Assembly (NCBI GenBank): GCA_000751555.1
Contig: CCEZ01000014.1
Location: 22,302-46,301 of the forward strand
Source of the DNA: Anaerosalibacter massiliensis
GTDB taxonomy: Bacteria; Bacillota; Clostridia; Tissierellales; Sporanaerobacteraceae
Reading direction: 5' to 3'
DNA: 24,000 nt
The first letter of the stretch is position 1. Each line of letters begins with the position of its first letter. Positions 1 to 7,232 of this stretch are shown piece by piece. The notes beneath the pieces were generated by a model. It did no database searches, was not told the DNA's origin, and was given only the letters and a program-made list of their open reading frames with translations. Both the position numbers and the translations under genes were made by a program.

Positions 1-829
1 ACATTTGTCCTTTATTATAAGTAAGTATATTTATTATTATATGAGGAATTATCACATTAGCTAACTCATCTATTATTTTCATTTCTTTCTCTTTTTCTTT
101 TAGGATAAAACATAAAAATCCTAAATTTTTTTGAGGAATTTTTAGAGGATAGAGAATATAATATTCCTTATCATGTAAAACTATTTGATTTGTAAAACTG
201 TGTTTATTATTTATATTGCTAGTTAATAAGCTGTATATTTTGTCTATTGGTATTTTACGTTTTTTAGCATCATGTTCAGGTTTTGAATAATTTATTATTT
301 GAAAATCTTCTGCAAAAAGAACTACGGGCTTATCAATATAAATGTTTAATAAACTTAGTATATTGTCCATAGTAAAGTAATTACTATTTTTTAGAGCATT
401 TAAATTTAAGCTAAACTGGTCAAAAAAACATTCGTTTGCATAATTTTTTGGAATTATTCTACTAACTATATTTTTAAAAGTTGTAGAAGTAGAAAAAATA
501 AATATAGGGAAATCTAAATCATTATTTAATATATCAATATCTTTTAGTGCATTATCTATATTATCAATAGGTGATTGGTTACATACTATTCCTAAGGCAG
601 AGATATTTTTTTTATTTAATAATTCTACAGTATTAAATATATTAAGATTATTTTTTTCAAAGATGTAGTTATTAACTAGTAGAAATGAGTTTTTTTCTAT
701 TTTGTATAAATGTTCTGGAACATCAATTATGTCTATATGATCTATATCTTTATTCAAATCAAAATTTTTATTTAAAAGCTTAATTTCCTTTGGTGAATAT
801 TTTATACTAATAAGTTCTTTTATTTTCAT
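1..829 (-). CDS. hypothetical protein, N-terminal part only (gene runs off the left edge); absent from the supplied ORF track
   Basis: The reverse strand reads ATG (complement of 827-829) with AAGGAG (complement of 841-846) 11 nt upstream. The frame then stays open for about 276 codons to position 1, in very AT-rich DNA where stops are frequent. It begins MKIKELISIKYSPKEIKLLNKNFDLNKDIDHIDIIDVPEHLYK. I checked the frame by hand at 61 and at 191-241. No family recognised. Confidence 0.6.
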   Translation of the reverse strand, partial: MKIKELISIKYSPKEIKLLNKNFDLNKDIDHIDIIDVPEHLYKIEKNSFLLVNNYIFEKNNLNIFNTVELLNKKNISALGIVCNQSPIDNIDNALKDIDILNNDLDFPIFIFSTSTTFKNIVSRIIPKNYANECFFDQFSLNLNALKNSNYFTMDNILSLLNIYIDKPVVLFAEDFQIINYSKPEHDAKKRKIPIDKIYSLLTSNINNKHSFTNQIVLHDKEYYILYPLKIPQKNLGFLCFILKEKEKEMKIIDELANVIIPHIIINILTYNKGQM

Positions 830-1022
830 TATATGCTCGGCTCCTTTTTTAAATAATTAGCAATATGAGAATAAGAATAGAAAATTTTAAAATAGATGAT
901 TTTATCTAATATAGAGTTTTCAAAAGATTTAAAAAATATTATTTTTATTTTACATTAGGAAGATTATAAAATCAATATGTAATTTAACAAAATCTGATTT
1001 ATATATCATTTTACAAAAGCTA

Positions 1023-1049
1023 TAAACTTTTATTATTGGTTGACGATAT
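1023..1049 (+). promoter_or_regulatory. distal sigma-D/sigma-28-type promoter candidate for flagellin (TAAA-N15-GACGATAT)
   Basis: TAAA at 1023-1026, a 15-nt spacer, then GACGATAT at 1042-1049. Bacillus-type sigma-D consensus is TAAA-N15-GCCGATAT. This copy has a perfect -35 and one mismatch in the -10. Confidence 0.5.
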
Positions 1050-1092
1050 ATATAATGCATAGGAAATTTTAATTATAAAAACATAAAAACTA

Positions 1093-1119
1093 TTAACTTT
1101 TATTTATCTTTGCCGATAT
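1093..1119 (+). promoter_or_regulatory. proximal sigma-D/sigma-28-type promoter candidate for flagellin (TTAA-N15-GCCGATAT)
   Basis: Perfect GCCGATAT at 1112-1119 with TTAA at 1093-1096 (one mismatch to TAAA). It lies about 120 nt upstream of the flagellin ATG and sits in a roughly 70-nt unit that repeats the distal promoter unit. Confidence 0.6.
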
Positions 1120-1190
1120 GTATAGTATAGAAAAATTAAATATTATTTATCATGTTAATAAGCCATATAGGCTTGTTATATATAACTAAA

Positions 1191-1231
1191 TGCGAAAAAG
1201 GAGTTTCGCAAAATAAAAATTTCAAGGAGGA
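1191..1231 (+). promoter_or_regulatory. flagellin 5' leader with two GGA-motif sites (hairpin loop plus Shine-Dalgarno), CsrA-type translational control candidate
   Basis: Perfect 7-bp stem TGCGAAA (1191-1197) / TTTCGCA (1204-1210) presents the loop AAGGAG (1198-1203). A second AAGGAGG at 1224-1230 is the SD for the ATG at 1238. This is the same two-site layout known for CsrA repression of hag in Bacillus subtilis. Confidence 0.5.
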
Positions 1232-1237
1232 AGAAAA

Positions 1238-2407
1238 ATGAGAATTAATAACAACATGATGGCAATGAATGCCAACAGACAATTAGGTATCAACAATACA
1301 GGAACAGCTAAATCCTTAGAAAAATTATCATCAGGATTTAGAATCAACAGAGCAGGAGACGACGCAGCAGGACTAGCAATATCAGAAAAAATGAGAGGTC
1401 AAATCAGAGGATTAAACATGGCTTCCAAAAATGCTCAAGATGGTATTTCATTAATCCAAACTGCAGAAGGTGCATTAGATGAAACTCATGCAATCCTTCA
1501 AAGAATGAGAGAGTTAGCAGTTCAATCAGCTAATGATACAAATGTTGAAGTAGATAGAGGTGAAATTCAAAAGGAAATAGATCAATTATCAGCAGAACTT
1601 ACAAGAATAGCTGATACTACAGAATTCAATACTCAAAACTTATTAGGTGGAGATTTTAGTGGTAAGTTCCATGTTGGAGCTAATTCAGGACAAAACGTTG
1701 ATTTAGCTATTGGTAATATGAGTGCTGAAGCGTTAAATGTTCAAGGAGTAGTATATGATGCAACAGATGTTGAAGATGTTGAAGGTCTTCAAGTTAGAAG
1801 TAAAACTGGTGATGCCCTAGAAATTGAGTATAAAGCTCTAGGAGGAGATGCAGAAATAAAAGAAACAACAGCAGAGTTTGATGCTGAGAGTGGTAAGATA
1901 ACTATTACTCTTGCACAAGATGATGCTAATCAAGGTACTGCAACTCATGCTGATATAAAGGCTGCATTGGAATCTGTAGCTGAAAAAGCTGGAATATCAA
2001 TTTCCACAACAGATGATTTTGCAAAAGATACTGTAGCTACAGCAGCTCCAGCAGCAACAACAGTAAATGTAGCTGATGTAGACGAAGAAGCTAGTAAAAA
2101 AGTAGGAATTAACGTTTCTAGTCAAGAAGCGGCAGATGCAGCAATAACTACTATAAATAAAGCAGTTGAAACTGTTTCATCTGAAAGATCTAAACTTGGT
2201 GCTATGCAAAATAGATTAGAACATACTATCAAGAACTTAGACAATGCTTCTGAAAATCTACAAGCAGCAGAATCAAGAATTAGAGACGTAGACATGGCAA
2301 GAGAAATGATGGAATTTACAAAACAAAACATCTTACAACAAGCTTCAACAGCTATGTTGGCTCAAGCAAATAGCCTTCCTCAAGGAGTATTACAACTTTT
2401 AAGATAG
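1238..2407 (+). CDS. fliC: flagellin (FliC/Hag family), contiguous unspliced reading frame of 389 aa
   Basis: Conserved flagellin N-terminus (MRINNNMMAMNANRQLGINN...LSSGFRINRAGDDAAGLAISEKMRGQIRGL) and C-terminus (SKLGAMQNRLEHTIKNLDNASENLQAAESRIRDVDMAREMMEFTKQNILQQASTAMLAQAN...LLR). Strong SD. The last 15 codons (2363-2407) lie inside the predicted intron. Confidence 0.95.
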   Translation: MRINNNMMAMNANRQLGINNTGTAKSLEKLSSGFRINRAGDDAAGLAISEKMRGQIRGLNMASKNAQDGISLIQTAEGALDETHAILQRMRELAVQSANDTNVEVDRGEIQKEIDQLSAELTRIADTTEFNTQNLLGGDFSGKFHVGANSGQNVDLAIGNMSAEALNVQGVVYDATDVEDVEGLQVRSKTGDALEIEYKALGGDAEIKETTAEFDAESGKITITLAQDDANQGTATHADIKAALESVAEKAGISISTTDDFAKDTVATAAPAATTVNVADVDEEASKKVGINVSSQEAADAAITTINKAVETVSSERSKLGAMQNRLEHTIKNLDNASENLQAAESRIRDVDMAREMMEFTKQNILQQASTAMLAQANSLPQGVLQLLR

Positions 2408-2772
2408 TGTGACATTAGAACGTTTTATTTGCCACATAAAGATGAGGAAACTATTTACGGGTCCCTCAAAGAGTAATTTTTGAGAGAAAATTGGGTGAAT
2501 TGCTGGAACTTCCTAAAGCTCTACTTCCTACAACGTAGTTGGAAACAGCAAACGTGAAAGGTTTAGAATAGTAGAGATGAAACAATGGATAATCAGCAGC
2601 CAAGCTCCTGTACTGAAAAGTTGGAGAAGGTTCAACGACTAGGATATACCACCTAAGGTTTTGCTATGGTGATGAAGTCTATAGGAGAAGAGGTCCTCCA
2701 AAGTGCCCAACAGCCACAATATTATGGTTGAAGATATAGTCTGGCATATATTGAAAGATATGTGATGGTCCG
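2363..2772 (+). ncRNA. ORF-less group I intron interrupting the flagellin C-terminal codons
   Basis: Core elements read by eye: P-like AATTGCTGGAA 2498-2508; Q-like AATCAGCAGCC 2591-2601; R-like GTTCAACGACTAG 2630-2642; S-like AAGATATAGTCT 2731-2742. Pairings: P3 TTGGGTG 2491-2497 / CACCTAA 2650-2656; P4 TGCTG 2501-2505 / CAGCA 2594-2598; P6 CTCC 2605-2608 / GGAG 2623-2626; P7 GACTA 2637-2641 / TAGTC 2737-2741; P2 CTCAAA 2465-2470 / TTTGAG 2479-2484; P5-type CTCTACT 2519-2525 / AGTAGAG 2570-2576; P9 2744-2749 / 2758-2763. P1 pairs exon GGCT (2359-2362) plus C2363 with GGGTC (2459-2463), placing U2362 opposite G2460. The last intron base is G2772. Confidence 0.8.
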
Positions 2773-2817
2773 CAAGCAAACCAAGCACCTCAAACAGTAC
2801 TACAATTATTAAGATAA
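2773..2817 (+). CDS. fliC: flagellin 3' exon (14 codons plus TAA) joined to 1238-2362 after intron excision
   Basis: CAAGCAAACCAAGCACCTCAAACAGTACTACAATTATTAAGATAA translates to QANQAPQTVLQLLR*. It is in frame with codon 375 (GCT, 2360-2362), matches the canonical flagellin terminus, and is followed directly by the only strong terminator. Confidence 0.75.
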   Translation, partial: QANQAPQTVLQLLR

Positions 2818-2826
2818 TTAGGAAAC

Positions 2827-2861
2827 AAAATTTAAGCCGAGAATTTCTCGGCTTAAATTTT
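2827..2861. terminator. bidirectional rho-independent terminator
   Basis: Perfect 15-bp stem AAAATTTAAGCCGAG (2827-2841) / CTCGGCTTAAATTTT (2847-2861) with loop AATTT. The A-run and T-run flanks would let it serve flagellin (+) and the convergent ORF 2853-3098 (-). Confidence 0.85.
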
Positions 2862-3098
2862 ACCTTCTTTTTGCTTATCTTTTTTCCCTGTTTGCATTTT
2901 TTTATATATTTTATTCATATATTCTTCACTTTTTTTAAGCCCAAGTTTTGAAGCCTTAGTTCTCAGAGTTGATTCTGTATATCCTAATTTTTTAGCTAAT
3001 TTATTATTATCAGAATTAGGATATTCATTTTTCATGATTTGTTTTTTTTCATTTAAATTATATTTTGAGATGTTACCACCTTCCATATATACAAACAT
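2853..3098 (-). CDS. small hypothetical protein with an HTH-like segment
   Basis: 81-aa ORF containing NKLAKKLGYTESTLRTKASKLGLKK (helix-turn-helix-like) and a lysine-rich tail. No convincing SD at any of the three candidate ATGs. A TATAAT on the reverse strand lies just upstream of the first ATG, so the mRNA could be leaderless. The stop codon sits inside the terminator stem. Confidence 0.4.
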   Translation of the reverse strand: MFVYMEGGNISKYNLNEKKQIMKNEYPNSDNNKLAKKLGYTESTLRTKASKLGLKKSEEYMNKIYKKMQTGKKDKQKEGKI

Positions 3099-3223
3099 AT
3101 GTTTTGCATATTATATCATATTGTATTATATATATCTAGCGTGCTTATATATTTTCATGTAACTTTTAAAATTAGATATTTGATTATTACAAAAATTTAA
3201 GCACAAATTTATGCAAAATTTTG

Positions 3224-3243
3224 ATACTTTCTTAAGAAAGTAT
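3224..3243. repeat. perfect 20-bp palindrome ATACTTTCTTAAGAAAGTAT
   Basis: Read directly. It lies in the divergent intergenic region between ORF 2853-3098 (-) and ORF 3462-4622 (+). No T-run follows, so an operator is more likely than a terminator. Confidence 0.4.
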
Positions 3244-3461
3244 GTTATTGTATATATGATTTCAAATACTTTCATATTAAAATTAATGTAGATATTATCT
3301 TTATATTAATTACTATTTAAACTTAATAAGTCAAAATTTTATTAAAAGGAGTGATTAAATTTATTAAGTTTTAACTGTACATAATAAGGAAGTTTAGCAA
3401 TTATATAGATTGTAAATTTAAAATAGGCTTAATACATTTTAATGTAGGAGGGGGAAAATAG

Positions 3462-4622
3462 TTGAAAGAGAAGGCTATAGTGAAATCTATAAATAAAGAA
3501 TCTTTCTTTTGGTTATTTGGTATTTTTATTTTTTTTGGATTATTTATCCATGTTATGGGAGCAGCTAATATGTTTAAAACAATGATGGCCACTGCTCATG
3601 ATTTAATTCTAAATACAGCTTTTTTTATTATGGGAGTTGCTGTGCTTTCTAGTGCTTTTTCATCTATATTATCTGAGTTTGGAATTGTTGCTATTATTAA
3701 TAATATATTAAGTCCTATTATAAAACCTTTGTTCAATCTTCCTGGAGTAGCAAGTCTTGGAATATTGACGACTTATCTTTCTGATAATCCAGCAATTATT
3801 TCTTTAGCACATGAAAAGGATTTCAAGAAGTATTTTAAGAAGTATCAGCTTCCTGCTATTACAAACTTAGGTACATCTTTTGGAATGGGACTTATAGTAT
3901 CAACTTTTATGATGGCCCAAGCTAAAAATGGTGAGAATTTTTTAGCTCCAGTTGTAATAGGAAATATAGGTGCTTTTATAGGAAGTATAGTAAGTGTAAG
4001 ATTGATGCTAAACTATACCAAGGAGATTTACGGTACAGAAGAATATGTGTTTTTTGGTGAAGATAGTTCTTATGATATAACGAAATGTAGGGAAATAAGA
4101 TCAGGAACTACATTACAAAGGTTCCTTGAAGCAATACTTGATGGAGGAAAGGTAGGAGTTGATTTAGGATTATCTGTTATTCCAGGAGTTGTGATTATTT
4201 GTACATTTGTAATGATGTTTACTAATGGTCCATCTGCAAGTGGAATGTATACAGGTTCAGCTTATGAAGGTATAAGAGTACTTCCTTGGATAGGAGAAAA
4301 GTTAAAGTTTATATTATATCCGCTTTTTGGGTTTAAAAATCCTGAATCAATAGCATTTCCAGTTACTTCTTTAGGTTCTGTAGGGGCAGCTCTAGGGCTT
4401 GTAACAAAATTTTTAGCAGAGGGTCTTATTGGTAAAAATGAAATAGCAGTATTTACAGCTATAGGAATGTGTTGGAGCGGATATTTAAGTACTCATGTAG
4501 CAATGATGGATGCATTAGATATGAGGGAATTAACAACTAAGGCCATTATTAGTCATACTATAGGAGGATTATGTGCAGGTATAGTTGCCCATTTCATCTA
4601 TCTTATATATTCTATTATATAA
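3462..4622 (+). CDS. polytopic membrane protein, nucleoside-recognition (Gate) domain-like
   Basis: TTG start 6 nt after AGGAGGGGG. The protein has multiple hydrophobic helices. The segment PLFNLPGVASLGILTTYLSDNPAIISLA resembles Gate/YjiH-SpmA-type proteins. The family call is from memory only. Confidence 0.5.
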   Translation: MKEKAIVKSINKESFFWLFGIFIFFGLFIHVMGAANMFKTMMATAHDLILNTAFFIMGVAVLSSAFSSILSEFGIVAIINNILSPIIKPLFNLPGVASLGILTTYLSDNPAIISLAHEKDFKKYFKKYQLPAITNLGTSFGMGLIVSTFMMAQAKNGENFLAPVVIGNIGAFIGSIVSVRLMLNYTKEIYGTEEYVFFGEDSSYDITKCREIRSGTTLQRFLEAILDGGKVGVDLGLSVIPGVVIICTFVMMFTNGPSASGMYTGSAYEGIRVLPWIGEKLKFILYPLFGFKNPESIAFPVTSLGSVGAALGLVTKFLAEGLIGKNEIAVFTAIGMCWSGYLSTHVAMMDALDMRELTTKAIISHTIGGLCAGIVAHFIYLIYSII

Positions 4623-5040
4623 TAATATGTTTTGAATATTATTAGTTATGTTTTAATATTACAAACAGGAAGTAATACTAGGTTGAATTTTAGCATGGGA
4701 GTTAGAAAGAGCATACGAAAACAATGTTAAATAGTATTAAGCTATTGTAAATTATATTTATAAAATTGTTGGAATATATGTTTATCATATAATAAACATA
4801 TAGAGAAGGATATAAAGGAACAATTAGAAGCTATAAATAATAAGGAAATACTAAATGAACTAGCTAGAAATGCAGTCAAGACTAAATTATTAGAAGAATT
4901 TAAAGAACCATTAGATAAGACATTAGAATAAATTCAGGAATCTTATAGGATTTCATTTTGGATTTTAGGCAGTACTACTTCTAAAAATTGCCTTGTATGT
5001 TTAAATATATTAAGTGGAAAATACATATGAGGTGATAATA

Positions 5041-5202
5041 TTGAAAGAAAAGAAAAATGATAAAAAAAATAATAAGAATTTTTTCAAACAAATGAATTAT
5101 GAAATTGCTGGTGAACATGGCATAATAGATAATGAAGACATGAAAAACAATAGAAAATTAAATAATAAAGATAGGCAAGATCAGAAAGATAATAAAAAAT
5201 AA
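5041..5202 (+). CDS. small highly charged hypothetical protein (53 aa from TTG 5041; the ORF track's longer form starts at 5014)
   Basis: GAGGTG lies 6 nt upstream of TTG 5041, whereas GTG 5014 has no SD. The product is Lys/Asn/Asp-rich with a NYEIAGEHGI motif. A strong terminator follows immediately. Confidence 0.45.
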   Translation: MKEKKNDKKNNKNFFKQMNYEIAGEHGIIDNEDMKNNRKLNNKDRQDQKDNKK

Positions 5203-5206
5203 ATAG

Positions 5207-5241
5207 AACCCTAGTTGCTATAAATTATAGTGACTAGGGTT
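5207..5241 (+). terminator. rho-independent terminator
   Basis: AACCCTAGT (5207-5215) pairs with ACTAGGGTT (5233-5241), with an inner CTATA/TATAG pairing. A T-rich tract (GATTTTATTTT) follows. Confidence 0.7.
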
Positions 5242-5411
5242 AATGATTTTATTTTAATACATTTTTATAAAACTTGTAGGATATTTTATTTTACTATAAT
5301 ATAGGGATATATATTTTCTGTACATAACTTACTTATCATTAGTGAAGTAACATGTAATAGATTTAGAAATTTTACTTATGTATAATTTTATTAGAAAGGG
5401 TTCGTATAACT

Positions 5412-7232
5412 ATGAATAAAAGACAATGTGATTTATTAAAAAAGTTAATAACTCAGAAGAAATATATGCCTATGAAGTATTTTTCTGACATATTAAACAT
5501 ATCAAGGAAAACGGTATCAAATGATATTGATGAAATTGAAAAAATTATTAATCCTATTGGTGCTAAGATAGATAGGAAACAAGGAATAGGCATAAGGATA
5601 TACTATACTCCGTCTCAATTAGATGAATTGAATAATATACTAAACAATATTAAAGTTTCTAACAAAGACAATGATTTAGAATATAGAAGAATACAGATTT
5701 TATTGAACTTACTTATCCCTACTAGTGAATATACTACAATTCAAAAACTTTCAGACGAACATATGGTGAGTAGAACCTCTATTAATAATGACTTAGATGA
5801 AATCCAAAAGATATTAGATATATACAATTTAAGTCTATCAAAAACATTAAAGGGAACAAGAATAGTTGGTAGTGAAATAAATATTAGAAAAGCTTTGGTT
5901 TCTATAGTTCAAGAATATGGAAAGACTAATCCTGATTATATTGTTGAGTATCAGAACATTCGCCATAAAGAACTTAATATTGATGAAATCAATACTATAC
6001 TAAACAAGGAATCTGTTTTCTTTTTTGAAGAATTATTGAATGAATTAGAAAATAAATTGAAACTGGTAATATATGAACCTTATTATACAAATCTGCTAAC
6101 CCATTTAGTAATTATGACAAATAGGATTATTAATGGGAATTATATTGATGATATTTTAGATTTAAATGAATCTGTATTGGTATTGGATGAAGAATTGTAT
6201 AGTAGTGCTATTTATCTAATAAGGGAAATAGAAAAGAAATTTAATATTGAGATTGACAAGCAGGAAATAGTATACATATATAAACACTTAATATCAATAG
6301 GGCTAAGCCATGACAATAAGGATGATAATAATGAAAAGAATATTAAGGAATTTGATTTGCCACCAGCTCATTTTACAGAATATTTAATAGATATTGTATC
6401 ACAAATGTCAAATACTAACTATAGATTAAGGCCTAATTTATACGATAGATTGTTGCTACACATTAAGCCTATGCTAAATAGAATAAAATATAATATTCAG
6501 ATTAAGAACCCTTTGTTAAATGATTTTTTGAGAGAATTTGAAGAAGAGTTTTTTATAATGAAGATTGCTTGCTTTTTAGCTTGCAATAAATTTGGAATAA
6601 ATAAGATAAATGACCATGAGGTATCCTATATTCTTTCTTATTTTATATCTGAAAACGAAAAAATTGTAGAGGCAATGAAAATAAAAATATTGGTTATTTG
6701 TCATAGTGGATATGGTACTAGCCAGTTATTAGCAGCTAGGTTGGAAAAGGCTTTTAATAATATTGAGGTAGTTAATATTGTTGCATCTAAATCAGTAGAT
6801 AGTATTGATTTAGATAAAATAGATTTAATAGTTTCTACTGTAAATTTAGATATAGAACAACCGTATTTAATAGTATCTGCATTTTTAAATGAAATTGACA
6901 AGGAAAATATAAGAAATTATATAGAAATGATACTAGAGAACAAAAGAAAACTTTCCTCAAATAATCCTGTAAAAACAATCTCATTAGAAACTATTAATAG
7001 CTGCAAAGATATGGAAGAATTTAAGAAGTATTTTATTGAAGATAACTTAATCCATATAAAAAATAATACCTATGTATACCTTGTATATAGTGGACAAGAT
7101 TCAGTTAAAAAATATGTATATGAACAGGATAATTCATGGAAGCATATATTTGCTATAAGGTATTCTAACTATGTATATTTATCAGAGGTATTAAGGCAGA
7201 TTGCGGGGGGATGTTTAAATGAGGAAAGATAA
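5412..7232 (+). CDS. PRD-domain transcriptional regulator of the MtlR/LicR/ManR type (two N-terminal HTH domains, two PRDs, an EIIB-like domain)
   Basis: N-terminal winged-HTH segments (ISRKTVSNDIDEIEKI; VSRTSINNDLDEIQKI). PRD-like histidine helices (LLTHLVIMTNRI; LLLHIKPMLNRI). EIIB(Gat)-like KILVICHSGYGTSQLLAARLEKAF with the phosphorylatable Cys. Confidence 0.8.
   Translation: MNKRQCDLLKKLITQKKYMPMKYFSDILNISRKTVSNDIDEIEKIINPIGAKIDRKQGIGIRIYYTPSQLDELNNILNNIKVSNKDNDLEYRRIQILLNLLIPTSEYTTIQKLSDEHMVSRTSINNDLDEIQKILDIYNLSLSKTLKGTRIVGSEINIRKALVSIVQEYGKTNPDYIVEYQNIRHKELNIDEINTILNKESVFFFEELLNELENKLKLVIYEPYYTNLLTHLVIMTNRIINGNYIDDILDLNESVLVLDEELYSSAIYLIREIEKKFNIEIDKQEIVYIYKHLISIGLSHDNKDDNNEKNIKEFDLPPAHFTEYLIDIVSQMSNTNYRLRPNLYDRLLLHIKPMLNRIKYNIQIKNPLLNDFLREFEEEFFIMKIACFLACNKFGINKINDHEVSYILSYFISENEKIVEAMKIKILVICHSGYGTSQLLAARLEKAFNNIEVVNIVASKSVDSIDLDKIDLIVSTVNLDIEQPYLIVSAFLNEIDKENIRNYIEMILENKRKLSSNNPVKTISLETINSCKDMEEFKKYFIEDNLIHIKNNTYVYLVYSGQDSVKKYVYEQDNSWKHIFAIRYSNYVYLSEVLRQIAGGCLNEER

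Noticed and set aside
2363-2817. Duplicated flagellin 3' end interpreted as a diversity-generating retroelement VR/TR pair
   Set aside because: The differences between the copies are not adenine-specific (for example AGC/CAA, CTT/GCA). No reverse transcriptase gene is nearby. The intervening sequence has group I intron core elements instead.
2408-2817. Remnant of a second, tandem flagellin gene, or a generic structured 3' UTR
   Set aside because: Only the last 14 codons show flagellin homology; the same frame is closed by TGA just upstream (about 2752-2754). The offset between the copies is exactly 410 nt at both ends, with U/G splice-site rules satisfied. The P, Q, R and S-like elements explain the rest of the segment.
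4764-4931. Open frame ending ...EKDIKEQLEAINNKEILNELARNAVKTKLLEEFKEPLDKTLE*
   Set aside because: It has no ATG and no SD; only a TTG at 4767 without an RBS. An 11-bp inverted repeat (4775-4785 / 4792-4802) occupies its 5' part. It may be a gene fragment, but I cannot support a call.
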